From: a virus
Taxonomy: Duplodnaviria; Caudoviricetes
Virus record (IMG/VR): IMGVR_UViG_3300020042_003420
Coordinates: 1 to 36,660 of that record
Length of the DNA stretch: 36,660 nt
Direction: 5' to 3' (one strand)
The position numbers and the translations under genes are program-made. Below, in pieces: positions 6,642-16,676 of this stretch (position 1 is the first letter of the stretch; every line of letters begins with the position of its first letter). The notes under the pieces were generated by a model. The model was not told the DNA's origin and did not search any database. It saw only the letters and a program-made list of their open reading frames with translations.

Positions 6642-7394
6642 ATGACTAAAAGTAATAGTAGGATCAGGTTGATATTAGGGGATTGTTTGGAGGAGATGAA
6701 AGGCATCCCTGATAGTAGCGTGGACATGGTGTTGTGTGATTTACCCTATGGTACAACGGCTTGCAAATGGGACACGATTATTCCGTTCGAGCCGTTATGG
6801 AAGCAATATAAACGAATCATTAAATCGCGTGGGGCGATTGTGTTGTTTGGAAGCGAGCCGTTTAGTAGCTTGCTGCGAATAAGCAACCTAAAACAGTTTA
6901 AATACGACTGGATATGGGATAAGGTACGCCCGTCAGGTTTTCAAATTGCAAAGTATGTACCGATGAAGCGACATGAAATTGTTAGCGTATTTTGTGATGC
7001 GTCACCTAGTTGGAATCCACAAAAAGAAAAACGCGATAAGTTGGTGAAGGGGCGGGTAGCTTCATCTTCGGATAGTTCACCGCTCGCGTATAGTGATGGT
7101 ATAACTAGAGTGTACGATGACAAAAACCCCCAGAGCATACTTACATTCAGCAAGCAGTCTGACGGAAAGTACCTACACCCCACTCAGAAGCCAGTAGCCC
7201 TATGTGAGTATCTTATTAAAACCTACACCAACAAAGAAGATACGGTGCTAGATAATACAATGGGTAGCGGAACTACGGGAGTAGCTTGCGTTAATACTGG
7301 GCGGAACTTCATCGGTATTGAGCGTGACAAAGAATATTTTGAAATTGCGGCTAGAAGGATAACTGATGCAGCAACCCACCAAACATTCTATTGA
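6642..7394 (+). CDS. DNA N6-adenine/N4-cytosine methyltransferase, beta class (orphan)
   Basis: GDCLE...DMVLCDLPY (motif IV), HPTQKP, VLDNTMGSGTTG (motif I), FIGIE; start likely at MTKSNS. Confidence 0.93.
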   Translation: MTKSNSRIRLILGDCLEEMKGIPDSSVDMVLCDLPYGTTACKWDTIIPFEPLWKQYKRIIKSRGAIVLFGSEPFSSLLRISNLKQFKYDWIWDKVRPSGFQIAKYVPMKRHEIVSVFCDASPSWNPQKEKRDKLVKGRVASSSDSSPLAYSDGITRVYDDKNPQSILTFSKQSDGKYLHPTQKPVALCEYLIKTYTNKEDTVLDNTMGSGTTGVACVNTGRNFIGIERDKEYFEIAARRITDAATHQTFY

Positions 7395-7419
7395 CAACCA
7401 TACCAACAATCTCTATAAC
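7391..7419 (+). promoter_or_regulatory. Sigma70 promoter for the tail operon, probably leaderless
   Basis: TTGACA-N17-TATAAC-N6-ATG(7426). Confidence 0.75.
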
Positions 7420-7425
7420 CCAGAC

Positions 7426-7680
7426 ATGGCGCGAGGTGATTCATATCAATTACAGGGACAGCAAGGTGGAGTAGTGTTTAACGCTGGAGGAGTTGCGAGT
7501 GGAAACTTTCGATGGATTCAGATTGTTAATGATACTATTTTTAGTGCGATTGCGAGTACGAATTTGACTGATGCTAGTAGCAAGTTAATTACGATTACGC
7601 ATCCTGCTGGTACTGGGTTGGGTGGTGTGTTTACAGGCTTTACTGTTACTTCTGGCGTTGTCATTGCATATACTGCTTAA
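7426..7680 (+). CDS. Small beta-rich virion protein (MARGDSYQ...)
   Basis: Gly/Thr-rich, ends VTSGVVIAY; first gene of the structural operon. Confidence 0.7.
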   Translation: MARGDSYQLQGQQGGVVFNAGGVASGNFRWIQIVNDTIFSAIASTNLTDASSKLITITHPAGTGLGGVFTGFTVTSGVVIAYTA

Positions 7681-10106
7681 TGTCGCAGTTTCGATCATCT
7701 GGTGGATTGGATGACTCCATTACCCAAGATGGTGATGGAGGGTTTGCGGGTGTGAACCAGCGGTTACAACTAAATCAGTTGGGAGTTGGTGAGGTGAGGG
7801 AGTCCTTGAACGGGAGGATGGAGGGTTATTGGAAACCTCGTAAGGGGATTGTGGCGAGGACAGGATCGTTGACCAGTGGAGGTAGTCCGTTACAACTGCC
7901 GTTCTTTTTGATTGATGCGGCTAAGAGCATTACGGCGGCAAGTGTTGCAACTGGGGTTGTGACGATTACAATTACTGGGCATGGGTTAACTGGTACGGCA
8001 TTAGCGCGAGTTGCAGGGTTAGTTGGCAATGTTGAGATGAATGGTGACGTTGTTTTAACTGTAGCCAGCGTAAATACATTAACTTATACGGTTACAGGGT
8101 TGACTTCGATTAGTGACCAGACAGGAACATTATCTACAACTCCAATCAATGATGCTGCCAACGTAAACGTAAGAGCATCCTGCTTGTTTAGTGACCCTAA
8201 CTCAGATAATGCTGAGAGCGTTGTGCTAGCGTTGGACTCCAAGGCAGTCTTGGTTAACCTCAATGGATACACTACGCAGGACATTAGTTACCCTACTGGG
8301 AAATCTTTAGCTGGGGATACAGACATGATACAGGCGTTTGACCGTGTGTATCTGTTCCGTGATGGGGCGCAGGCATTTGAATGGTTTCCTAATGGGAGGC
8401 AGATTGAGAGTGCTAGTTCTAGTGCATTTACTGTGACGATGCGGATCAAGGATCATGGGTTGACTGTGGGAGACAGCATTATCGTTAGTGGATTAACTGG
8501 AGGAACTCCTGCCAATGGGACATTTGCTGTTGTGTCTATTACGGATAAAGATGTCTTCACCTATACCTTTACAACCTCTCAAACTCAGACATTCACAGTT
8601 ACCGCTGGGATAATAAAGGCGGGTTTCACGCTTGTCCCCGGAGGCACTTATACCCAACCACAAGTATTTACTACAATTGGAAACAATGGCTCAGTAAGCA
8701 ATGGTGTTGTAAGCCTTACCGTTACTAGCAACACAACAATTTCTGCTGGCGATACGATTGTGGTCTATGAGACAACTGTTCCAGAGTTTAGTGCTATTTC
8801 TGGAAAGTCATTTGAGGTGTTAAGTGCGACTACTACAAACATCTCCTTTATTGCCCCAGTTGGAAATTTAGCGACTCTTGGAGGTGGTTTGCAGATTGAG
8901 TTCGGTGGGAGGTTTAGCGTAGGACTTGGTTTCATCCATCAGCCAGCCCCGCCTTGGGGTGTTTACTTCCAGCGCAGATTGTGGGTTCCATTTTACTACA
9001 CTCCTGCTGGCTCGTTTAGCTCTCCGACCTACACAGATAGGAACATTTCTGATGAGATTGCTGTTTCTGACATTTTAGATAGCCACACGTTCGATCAGAT
9101 TGCCAATCAGTTTAGGGTAACTGGAGGAACGGCAGATTACCTTGTGGCAATGCAGGGATTCTATGATGACAAGCTAGTTGTATTGAATCGTAATAGCTTA
9201 CATTTAATCAGTGGGACGCTTGGTAGCTTAGAAGACACTAAAGTTACGCAGTTGACTAACGAAGTTGGGTGCTTAGCCAAAAAAAGCGTTGTGATGAAGG
9301 GTAACGCCATGTTCTTTTTGTCAGATGAAGGCGTTTATGCTGTTGAGTTCCTGAATGATTACAACCTTCGTGGTGCGGATGAGCCTATTTCTAAGAATAT
9401 CCAACCATACATTGACAGAATTAACAAAAATCTAGCTGCTAATGCAGTTGGAGTGCTGTTTGATAACCGATACTACCTTGCTGTTGCATTGGATTCTATT
9501 GCTGGAGCTAATGATGCTCTTGGAAACAATACAATTTTGATATTCAACTTCCTAAACAAGGCTTGGGAGTCAATTGATACTTTCGGGGCCAATGATTTTA
9601 TCATCAAAAATCTAATCACTGGTAGTGCTGCCGAAAGAAACAACATCTATGCGGTTACTTCGCTGGGTGGTTTGCATGAATTAGAGGCTATTGAGACTTC
9701 CAATGATAATCTTGTGTCTGGAGGGACTGCTGCTAGTTTCAATATCAACTCGTCCTTGACTACTAGGGGGTACGCCTTAGGCAATCTTGATCGCAAGCGA
9801 TTCACTGACGGGCAAGTAACCATGCAATGCATTGGTGGCGGTCTTGGTGAGTATAACATTTCCTTTGCAGCAGAAGATCCAGATAATAATCAACCTATTG
9901 GGTCAACAACCGACTTCCTTAATGGTACTGTTCTTGGAACTGGTTCCGCGCCTGAGGATGAAACAGGCAATATCCGCTTTCGCATTGGTGGCATTAGGGG
10001 TTATGTAGGAACCCTAACCTTGACACGAACAATCGGCTCACCTAAAGTAACTTCTATTAGGGTCACTGGTTCAGTGACAAACAGACAAATCATTTCCCAA
10101 ACATAA
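7680..10106 (+). CDS. Podovirus tail nozzle / tail tubular protein B-like (P22 gp10/T7 gp12 position) with inserted beta-barrel repeats
   Basis: 808 aa; N-terminal DGGFAGVN, later VGCLAKKSVV..FFLSDEGVY propeller-like segment; repeated HGLTVGDSI.VSG...NG.F.V modules. Confidence 0.75.
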   Translation: MSQFRSSGGLDDSITQDGDGGFAGVNQRLQLNQLGVGEVRESLNGRMEGYWKPRKGIVARTGSLTSGGSPLQLPFFLIDAAKSITAASVATGVVTITITGHGLTGTALARVAGLVGNVEMNGDVVLTVASVNTLTYTVTGLTSISDQTGTLSTTPINDAANVNVRASCLFSDPNSDNAESVVLALDSKAVLVNLNGYTTQDISYPTGKSLAGDTDMIQAFDRVYLFRDGAQAFEWFPNGRQIESASSSAFTVTMRIKDHGLTVGDSIIVSGLTGGTPANGTFAVVSITDKDVFTYTFTTSQTQTFTVTAGIIKAGFTLVPGGTYTQPQVFTTIGNNGSVSNGVVSLTVTSNTTISAGDTIVVYETTVPEFSAISGKSFEVLSATTTNISFIAPVGNLATLGGGLQIEFGGRFSVGLGFIHQPAPPWGVYFQRRLWVPFYYTPAGSFSSPTYTDRNISDEIAVSDILDSHTFDQIANQFRVTGGTADYLVAMQGFYDDKLVVLNRNSLHLISGTLGSLEDTKVTQLTNEVGCLAKKSVVMKGNAMFFLSDEGVYAVEFLNDYNLRGADEPISKNIQPYIDRINKNLAANAVGVLFDNRYYLAVALDSIAGANDALGNNTILIFNFLNKAWESIDTFGANDFIIKNLITGSAAERNNIYAVTSLGGLHELEAIETSNDNLVSGGTAASFNINSSLTTRGYALGNLDRKRFTDGQVTMQCIGGGLGEYNISFAAEDPDNNQPIGSTTDFLNGTVLGTGSAPEDETGNIRFRIGGIRGYVGTLTLTRTIGSPKVTSIRVTGSVTNRQIISQT

Positions 10107-10107
10107 T

Positions 10108-10866
10108 ATGGCTGGAGTCGTAGAAACAACCAATACATTCGCAACAAACGATGTTATTACTAGCACGGCAATGAATAACATCATTGACCAGACGCTATTT
10201 ACAGAAGATGCAATTTCTGGAGGTACACTTGCGATGATTTCTGGAAAATTGAAGGTGGCAACAAGTGGCATTACCTCAAATGAAATGGCAGTTAATGCCG
10301 TTACAACAAATACAATTGCTGATTTAAACGTCACAACTGCAAAACTTGCTGATAATGCTGTAACTACCGCAAAGATTGCCAATCTAAACGTCACAACTGG
10401 CAAAATTGCTGACTTAGGGGTGACCACTGCAAAGATCGCTGACTCAAACGTGACCACTGCAAAGATTGCAGATGCAAATATCACCGCTGCAAAGTTAAGC
10501 GGAGCGCAAACCGGATCTGCTCCTATCTATGGTGCTAGAGCATGGGTTAGGTTCAATGGTAACAATAATGTTTCTGGAACTCCTGATGCCAGCAATACAA
10601 CTCGTCAAATTCTTGCAAGTGGAAATGTCACAAGCGTAACAAAATCCTCAACCGGACTATATGTTATTGCATTCACTACAGCTTTACCTTCTGCAAATTA
10701 TGTTGCGGTAGGAAGTAGGTCCTACAAAGCTGCAGATTCATCAAGTGTAACTATTCAAGCAAGTTCTCCAACATCGCAAACATCATCTGCATTTACGTTT
10801 TATACTTTAGATAGAACTGGAGGATCGACAAATAGTGATGATGTTCAAGTTGTTATTTTTGGATAA
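10108..10866 (+). CDS. Tail fibre protein with VTTAKIAD repeats
   Basis: ~7 tandem 10-aa repeats; C-terminal ARAWVRFNG...GNVTSV...GLYVIAF fibre domain. Confidence 0.8.
   Translation: MAGVVETTNTFATNDVITSTAMNNIIDQTLFTEDAISGGTLAMISGKLKVATSGITSNEMAVNAVTTNTIADLNVTTAKLADNAVTTAKIANLNVTTGKIADLGVTTAKIADSNVTTAKIADANITAAKLSGAQTGSAPIYGARAWVRFNGNNNVSGTPDASNTTRQILASGNVTSVTKSSTGLYVIAFTTALPSANYVAVGSRSYKAADSSSVTIQASSPTSQTSSAFTFYTLDRTGGSTNSDDVQVVIFG
10290..10500 (+). repeat. 30-bp coding tandem repeats (xVTTAKIADx)
   Basis: Repeated (G/A)T(C/G)AC(A/C)ACTGCAAA..TTGC units; boundaries approximate. Confidence 0.85.
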
Positions 10867-11199
10867 ATGAATGAATACCTTGAGCAATCAATCAAAATTT
10901 ACGAACATCATGGAATTGATTTTCATGGGTTGCTTAATTGGCATCTTTGTCATGGCATCGTTATTGCTAGTTTTGATGGATTCTCTATGGGATACTACAC
11001 TCGTCGTGAAGATCCGACAAATCCTACGCCAATTTATCATTCAGACTCGTTGTTTGTTACAATGTGTTGCGGCAATATGCAAAAATGCTTGGAATCATTC
11101 AAGGATGATTTTGAGTTTATTATTTTTCAAAGATCATTCAAAAACTCACCAAGGATAAGATCATATCCTATGCAAAAATTCTTCAAACAACTTAAATAA
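10867..11199 (+). CDS. Hypothetical protein in the T7 gp13/acetyltransferase-like position
   Basis: 110 aa; lies between the tail genes and the first ejection protein. Confidence 0.55.
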   Translation: MNEYLEQSIKIYEHHGIDFHGLLNWHLCHGIVIASFDGFSMGYYTRREDPTNPTPIYHSDSLFVTMCCGNMQKCLESFKDDFEFIIFQRSFKNSPRIRSYPMQKFFKQLK

Positions 11200-11206
11200 T
11201 ACGATT

Positions 11207-12094
11207 ATGGGCGGCAGTTCTCCAAACATTAAAGCACCAAAGGCAGATTATGGAAGCGATATAACATCGCTGTTGACTCCATTGAGCCAACAAATGGGCA
11301 ATATCGTTCAATTTGAAGCTCAAAATAGACCTACGCTTGGCAATCTTAATCTTGGGGATATTCAAACATTCTTCCAAGGTGGTGGTAATCAACAAGGTAT
11401 CTTGGGTCTTGGTGGACAGGCTTACGAAACTGGAGTTGGTCAACAACTTGCGGCACAACAGCAACAACTTGCTGGGCAACAAGGGCAAGTTCAAGGATTG
11501 CGCCAGCTCCAAGCTGGATTATCACCAGAAGCGGCAATGGCTACTCAACAAGCCTCTGATGCGGCTAGGACTGCTTATGCTGCATCTCTTGGAGTTACAC
11601 CAGAAGAACAACGCATGGCGCAGCAATCAGCGCGTGAGGCAGCACAATCAAGCGGTCGCCTTGGAGGTAACTCAGCCATTGCATCTGAAGTTCTTGGACG
11701 TGAAGACATCCTTGCTCGCAAACGTGCTGAAGCAGCGCAAGCAGGTAGCCGTGCGTTCCAACTTGGTCAATCTTTCTATCAACAGCCGGGGCTTCAAGCA
11801 CTTTATTCGACCCCTACTGGAATGCAAATTGGTCAGAATTACTTAAACTATGGTGTTCAATCCATTGGTCAATCCACACCACAACTCTTTGATGTCGGTC
11901 AAGCATTGAACCTCGGAGCGGCACAACGTCAGAATATCCTGTCAGCTCAACAAGCCAACGCTCAAGTCAGTGCATCAAACCGAGCATCCACAATGGGTCT
12001 TATTGGTGACGTGATTAAAGCTGGGGCAAGTATTGCAGCCGCACCACTTACAGGGGGGACATCACTTATTGGTCTTGCAACACTTGGGAAATAA
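11207..12094 (+). CDS. Internal virion/DNA ejection protein 1
   Basis: MGGSS start, Q/A/G-rich helical sequence, hydrophobic C-terminus (AAAPLTGGTSLIG). Confidence 0.7.
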   Translation: MGGSSPNIKAPKADYGSDITSLLTPLSQQMGNIVQFEAQNRPTLGNLNLGDIQTFFQGGGNQQGILGLGGQAYETGVGQQLAAQQQQLAGQQGQVQGLRQLQAGLSPEAAMATQQASDAARTAYAASLGVTPEEQRMAQQSAREAAQSSGRLGGNSAIASEVLGREDILARKRAEAAQAGSRAFQLGQSFYQQPGLQALYSTPTGMQIGQNYLNYGVQSIGQSTPQLFDVGQALNLGAAQRQNILSAQQANAQVSASNRASTMGLIGDVIKAGASIAAAPLTGGTSLIGLATLGK

Positions 12095-12100
12095 TAATTT

Positions 12101-13606
12101 ATGGCACTTCTAGGACAATCAATCAATCCAGCACTATTCGTTCAAGATTACTCTGGTTTTGCAAAAGCCGCAGCGATCCAAGCGCAGGGAATGCAAAATC
12201 TTGGCCAGCAGATTCAAGGTATTGCACAAGACTATACTGCTAATAAGAAGGAAGAATCAAAGCTAAGTGCAGTCAAGAAAGCTGGCATTGCTGATATTCA
12301 AGCGGCTATCCAGTTAAGCAAATCGAGCGGTCTTGGCCTTGAGTCAACGCTTGAGCCTTTACTTGCTGCCGCAACAGATCCAAACTCATCATTGATAGAA
12401 CAGGCTGCTGCTGCACAACAAGCATCGCAAACTATTGGGACAACGATGAATAACAAGTTCAAGATTGAAGAGCTTAACATGCAGCGTCAAGCAGCTTCAA
12501 GAGCAGGAGCAGTGGATGCGGCTAGGATTGCTGAAATCGGGAAGGAACGTCAACAACAAAATGCTTTAGCAAGTATTATTGGTGATCCATTGTTTAATGC
12601 TACAGTTGAAAAACTTCCTGTAGAGATAAAAAATTCAATCTTAGCCCAGTCTTCAAATTTCACTCCTCAACAGAAGTTTGATTCAATCCCATTATTAAGT
12701 AGATTTATTCCAGAACAAAAAGGTTATCGCATTACGACACCAGAAGAAGTTCTGAAATATGGAGGAGCTGGTCAGATCAATACTGAGACTGGGAAATTTG
12801 AACCTCTTCAAACTAGTCAAGTGCCAGAAGGTTATCGCATTACTACACCAGAAGAAGTTAAGACTTATGGAGCGGTTGGGCAAATAAACATTAAGACTAA
12901 TGAATTCAAGCCAATTCCCCTTCCATCTGGAACACAAGTAACAGTGTCTCCAGAAGGAAACGTTGTATTCGCTCAAGGGGCTGGAGTTGGAGCACCAACA
13001 AAAACTGAAGTTGCATTAGCAGCACAAGGAAAACAAAAAATAGAAGGATTAGTGCAATTTAATGATCTTGCTGCAAATTTGATTCCAGAACTTGAGCAAC
13101 AAGGTACTGGAATTGTGGCTGGAACAGCAAGAGCTATTGGATCATATGTTCCATCATCAGAAACTCAAGCTCTTCAAGACAAACTATCTACCGTTAAGAA
13201 CTACCTATCTAGGGATTACGTTAATACGCTTAGAGCGGCCTCACCAACAGGAAGTGCGGGTGGGTCAATTACTGAAAAAGAATGGCCTCGATTTGAGAAT
13301 CAATATGGAGTTGTAGACGCATCCAGAGGTCCAGTACAAAATATTAACAATCTTCAAAAAATTGGATTCTATCAATTTAACGCCGTTCATGGAACCCCAG
13401 CAGAACGAGCGCAACTACTTAAAGAGGGAAAAATCACTCCAGAGCAAAACGCTCAAGTAGAACAAATGTATCTTGATATGAGAAATCGACTTAAAATCCC
13501 TGCAACTGGAATTAAAGATGTGGCTGGATCAGAACTAAAAGTATCAATGCCAAAATCAAACCTATCGCCAACAGTTCTGGAAAAAGCAAAAGCATTGGGC
13601 CTTTAA
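12101..13606 (+). CDS. Internal virion/DNA ejection protein 2
   Basis: 501 aa, A/Q-rich; gene position; internal 36-aa duplication. Confidence 0.65.
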   Translation: MALLGQSINPALFVQDYSGFAKAAAIQAQGMQNLGQQIQGIAQDYTANKKEESKLSAVKKAGIADIQAAIQLSKSSGLGLESTLEPLLAAATDPNSSLIEQAAAAQQASQTIGTTMNNKFKIEELNMQRQAASRAGAVDAARIAEIGKERQQQNALASIIGDPLFNATVEKLPVEIKNSILAQSSNFTPQQKFDSIPLLSRFIPEQKGYRITTPEEVLKYGGAGQINTETGKFEPLQTSQVPEGYRITTPEEVKTYGAVGQINIKTNEFKPIPLPSGTQVTVSPEGNVVFAQGAGVGAPTKTEVALAAQGKQKIEGLVQFNDLAANLIPELEQQGTGIVAGTARAIGSYVPSSETQALQDKLSTVKNYLSRDYVNTLRAASPTGSAGGSITEKEWPRFENQYGVVDASRGPVQNINNLQKIGFYQFNAVHGTPAERAQLLKEGKITPEQNAQVEQMYLDMRNRLKIPATGIKDVAGSELKVSMPKSNLSPTVLEKAKALGL

Positions 13607-13616
13607 TCTTAATAAA

Positions 13617-16600
13617 ATGGGACTATACGAAGATTTAGATTTAGTAAAAGCTGGACAAAGCAAACTTGAACAGCAGTTTGGACAGTTGTCAGATGAGTAT
13701 CAATCTCTTTTGGCATCTGATCCATATGGTGCAGAACAGAAGAAAACACAGGCATCTCAAGTACTTCAAGATATTGAATTATTTTCTGGAGAAGGTGAGA
13801 AACTAAAAGCCCAACTTGCTAATGATCTAAAGAATTCAAAATATCTCACATATGGTCTTGGTGACACGAATGCTCAAATCTCATTTAGTGATGAGGCAAT
13901 CAAAAACAAGACAGCGGAGGCATTATCAAAATTCATCGGAGAGCCTGTTGACGTAACTACTGGACTTGGATATGCCGACAGGACTGCTGATGCGTTCTTA
14001 AGGGATGAGTCAAAAGATGAGTATCTTGCCAACAAGTACGGCAAAGATAATGTTAAGACTGTTAATGTTGGAGGATCACCAACCAGAATTGTAAGGAACG
14101 AAACAGGTAGATGGGTTGCAATGAACGAGATGGGTGGATCGTTAAAGGATGCTCTTCCGGTATTGGGTGAGGTATTCCCATTAGCGGGTGCTATTCTTGG
14201 AGGCATTGGTTTATCTGCACTTCCGGGCGCGCCACCTATTGCTGCATCGGCAGTTGGGAGCGGTGCTGGATATACTGCTGCTGGAACACTTCAAGATCAG
14301 GCAATGAAGGCTTATCTTAAATACTCCTCTGGAGGAACGCTTAAAGAGAAAATAATGAAAGCCTATCTTGGGGCTGGAGATGGACTTGCTGAATCATTTG
14401 GCAAGCGATCAACCGAAGCACTTCTTGGAGTTGGACTTGAATATGGAGTAGGCAAATTAGCAAGCCCATTACTAAGGAAAATGGGAACAGCCAAAGTTGA
14501 CGAGTATTATCAAGGACTCAAAAAAGCCGAGGAAGACCTTGCATCAAGAGGATACTCAATGAATGTCGCCCAGCTTGTTCAAGGTGGTGAGATGCAAAAT
14601 AAAAAATGGCTACAGCTTGCCCAAGATCGTCCAAATTCACAAGTTGCAAAAGATATTCAAATTGGAGTTGAGCGTCTTCAGGGTTTGAAATCAGATTTGA
14701 CTCCTGCTCAAAAGTCATCAGCACTCTATAAAAGCACATTAGATAATATCCGACAAGCCCAACAGACTACTGCTGACATGGTTGGCTTGTACGATCAGAA
14801 AGCTGGAAATATCCTAAGATCAAATCTTGATGAGCAAACTCAAAGTTTGGTATTTGGTAGTCTTGAAGACACTCATAAACTTGGGTCTGATTTATTTAAA
14901 GCCCTTGGCAAAGCCGAGAAAAAAGCTAATGATATTAAGAATGAGACATATGCTCCATTCTATGAGTTAGCAGAAGGAAGGGTATCAGTAGATCCTATTG
15001 AGCTTGCCAAATTTGTTGAGAAAAATTATTACAGCAGCATTCTTAGAAACCCAACACTTCAAGCTGAGTTGGACGTATTAAGAGCGCGTCCACAAAACCT
15101 AAAAAGAATCAATAGTATTGATAATGAGCTGAAATCAGTAGTAGACCGAGATAAAAGAGCACAACTTCAACTTGAACGTAGAGAACTTGAGCAGCTTTCT
15201 GGAAATCTTAACATCAAACAGTTGAATGATACTGTTAGAAAGTTTTCAGAAGCATACCCAGATTCTGGCATGACTGGTGCTACAACATCAAAACAAGTTG
15301 CTGGGGCAGCAGCAAATGACATCAGGACATTTAGAAATAATGTTCTTGATAATCAAGGTTTGCTTGATGAATGGAATAATGCAACTCAAGTTTTCAATCA
15401 AAGACTTGGATTTGAAGAAGGTACTATCGGAAAGTATTTAAAAGAACTTTCTAGCGGAAAACCAAATATGGACGAGACTGAAATAGTAAATTCCATATTG
15501 AATACTCCTAGGACAATTACAGATGCTGTCACGGCATTGAGTGTTGGCGATCCAGCAGTTGCATCTCAATTAGTGAAACGTCTTCAAAATGCTTATTTCA
15601 AAAACATTGGAATATCAAATCAATCTGGCCGCCAAGTTGATGGATTTAATTTTGATGAGGATGTTGTAAGGTCGTTGTTTGGATTTAATAGTGCTGGGCA
15701 ACCCAATTCAGCATATGGAGATAATATGATTCGCAAGTTATACTCTCTTCAAGATGCAATTAACGCTAAAAATCTTGATCCAGCAAAATTAACAATGAAG
15801 GATATTGATGATTTGTCTGGAAGTCTTTCTAGGAATTCAGAAAAAGAGCTAAGAAACAGCATCGAGAAAAGAATTCAAAATCAAATGAGTGTGGATCAAA
15901 CTAAAAATGATTCATTAATGAAGATTGCTCTAAAGGGTCATAGGGAAGCCCTTGTTTCTGGGGAATTTCCAGAAGCGTTATGGAACGCAAATCCAGATCA
16001 GCTTAAAAAACTTCTCGCAATCATGCCAGATGCTGACAAAAAAGTTTTATCTGGAGATATGGCTGAACATTTATTTGCTAAATATCCTCCAAGCGGTGAG
16101 TATGGAATTCATGGCGAGTTGCTATGGAATGGCAAACTACTGCTTAAAGACTTTGCGAAAAATCCTAAACGGGTGCAAGTTCTTCGTGGTGTTCTTGGTG
16201 ACGAAACAGTAGATAATGTGATTTCTGCATCAAGGCTAATGCAGGCAGCAAAAAATAAGCCTGTGGCAAAAGGTGTTCCGCAAGGGGGCGGAGTAATCAA
16301 TGATGCTGGAGTTAAATGGTATTTCCCGATTGAAAAAATTGCCTCTGGGATTAGAAATAGTTGGATGTCTGCCGCATATAGAACTGGAGATTTGTCTCCG
16401 CTTCTTCGCAACATTGCTCGAAAAGAAATTACTGAAGAAGAGTTTAAGAAAAATGTATCAAATACCATGTTGAAACTTGCAAAAACGTCTGCTGGAATTG
16501 AAGCTATGACTCAAAGCGGACGATACAATCCAGAGTGGGCAGCTTGGTTAGGAAACAATTTGGGAATGAGCAGCAAAGAGACTCAAGACTATCAAGAAAA

Positions 16601-16619
16601 ATATGGAGTTGGGCGATAA
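13617..16619 (+). CDS. Large internal virion/DNA ejection protein 3
   Basis: 1000 aa, helical, with a Gly/Ala hydrophobic segment near residues 180-225; gene position. Confidence 0.65.
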   Translation: MGLYEDLDLVKAGQSKLEQQFGQLSDEYQSLLASDPYGAEQKKTQASQVLQDIELFSGEGEKLKAQLANDLKNSKYLTYGLGDTNAQISFSDEAIKNKTAEALSKFIGEPVDVTTGLGYADRTADAFLRDESKDEYLANKYGKDNVKTVNVGGSPTRIVRNETGRWVAMNEMGGSLKDALPVLGEVFPLAGAILGGIGLSALPGAPPIAASAVGSGAGYTAAGTLQDQAMKAYLKYSSGGTLKEKIMKAYLGAGDGLAESFGKRSTEALLGVGLEYGVGKLASPLLRKMGTAKVDEYYQGLKKAEEDLASRGYSMNVAQLVQGGEMQNKKWLQLAQDRPNSQVAKDIQIGVERLQGLKSDLTPAQKSSALYKSTLDNIRQAQQTTADMVGLYDQKAGNILRSNLDEQTQSLVFGSLEDTHKLGSDLFKALGKAEKKANDIKNETYAPFYELAEGRVSVDPIELAKFVEKNYYSSILRNPTLQAELDVLRARPQNLKRINSIDNELKSVVDRDKRAQLQLERRELEQLSGNLNIKQLNDTVRKFSEAYPDSGMTGATTSKQVAGAAANDIRTFRNNVLDNQGLLDEWNNATQVFNQRLGFEEGTIGKYLKELSSGKPNMDETEIVNSILNTPRTITDAVTALSVGDPAVASQLVKRLQNAYFKNIGISNQSGRQVDGFNFDEDVVRSLFGFNSAGQPNSAYGDNMIRKLYSLQDAINAKNLDPAKLTMKDIDDLSGSLSRNSEKELRNSIEKRIQNQMSVDQTKNDSLMKIALKGHREALVSGEFPEALWNANPDQLKKLLAIMPDADKKVLSGDMAEHLFAKYPPSGEYGIHGELLWNGKLLLKDFAKNPKRVQVLRGVLGDETVDNVISASRLMQAAKNKPVAKGVPQGGGVINDAGVKWYFPIEKIASGIRNSWMSAAYRTGDLSPLLRNIARKEITEEEFKKNVSNTMLKLAKTSAGIEAMTQSGRYNPEWAAWLGNNLGMSSKETQDYQEKYGVGR

Positions 16620-16641
16620 CAACGTTATTCCCAGAAAAGAG

Positions 16642-16670
16642 TTGCTTTCTAAACACTTTGGTATTACAAA
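16642..16670 (+). promoter_or_regulatory. Possible leaderless promoter for the terminase operon
   Basis: TTGCTT-N17-TACAAA-N6-ATG(16677); same geometry as the promoter at 7391. Confidence 0.5.
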
Positions 16671-16676
16671 GAGTAA

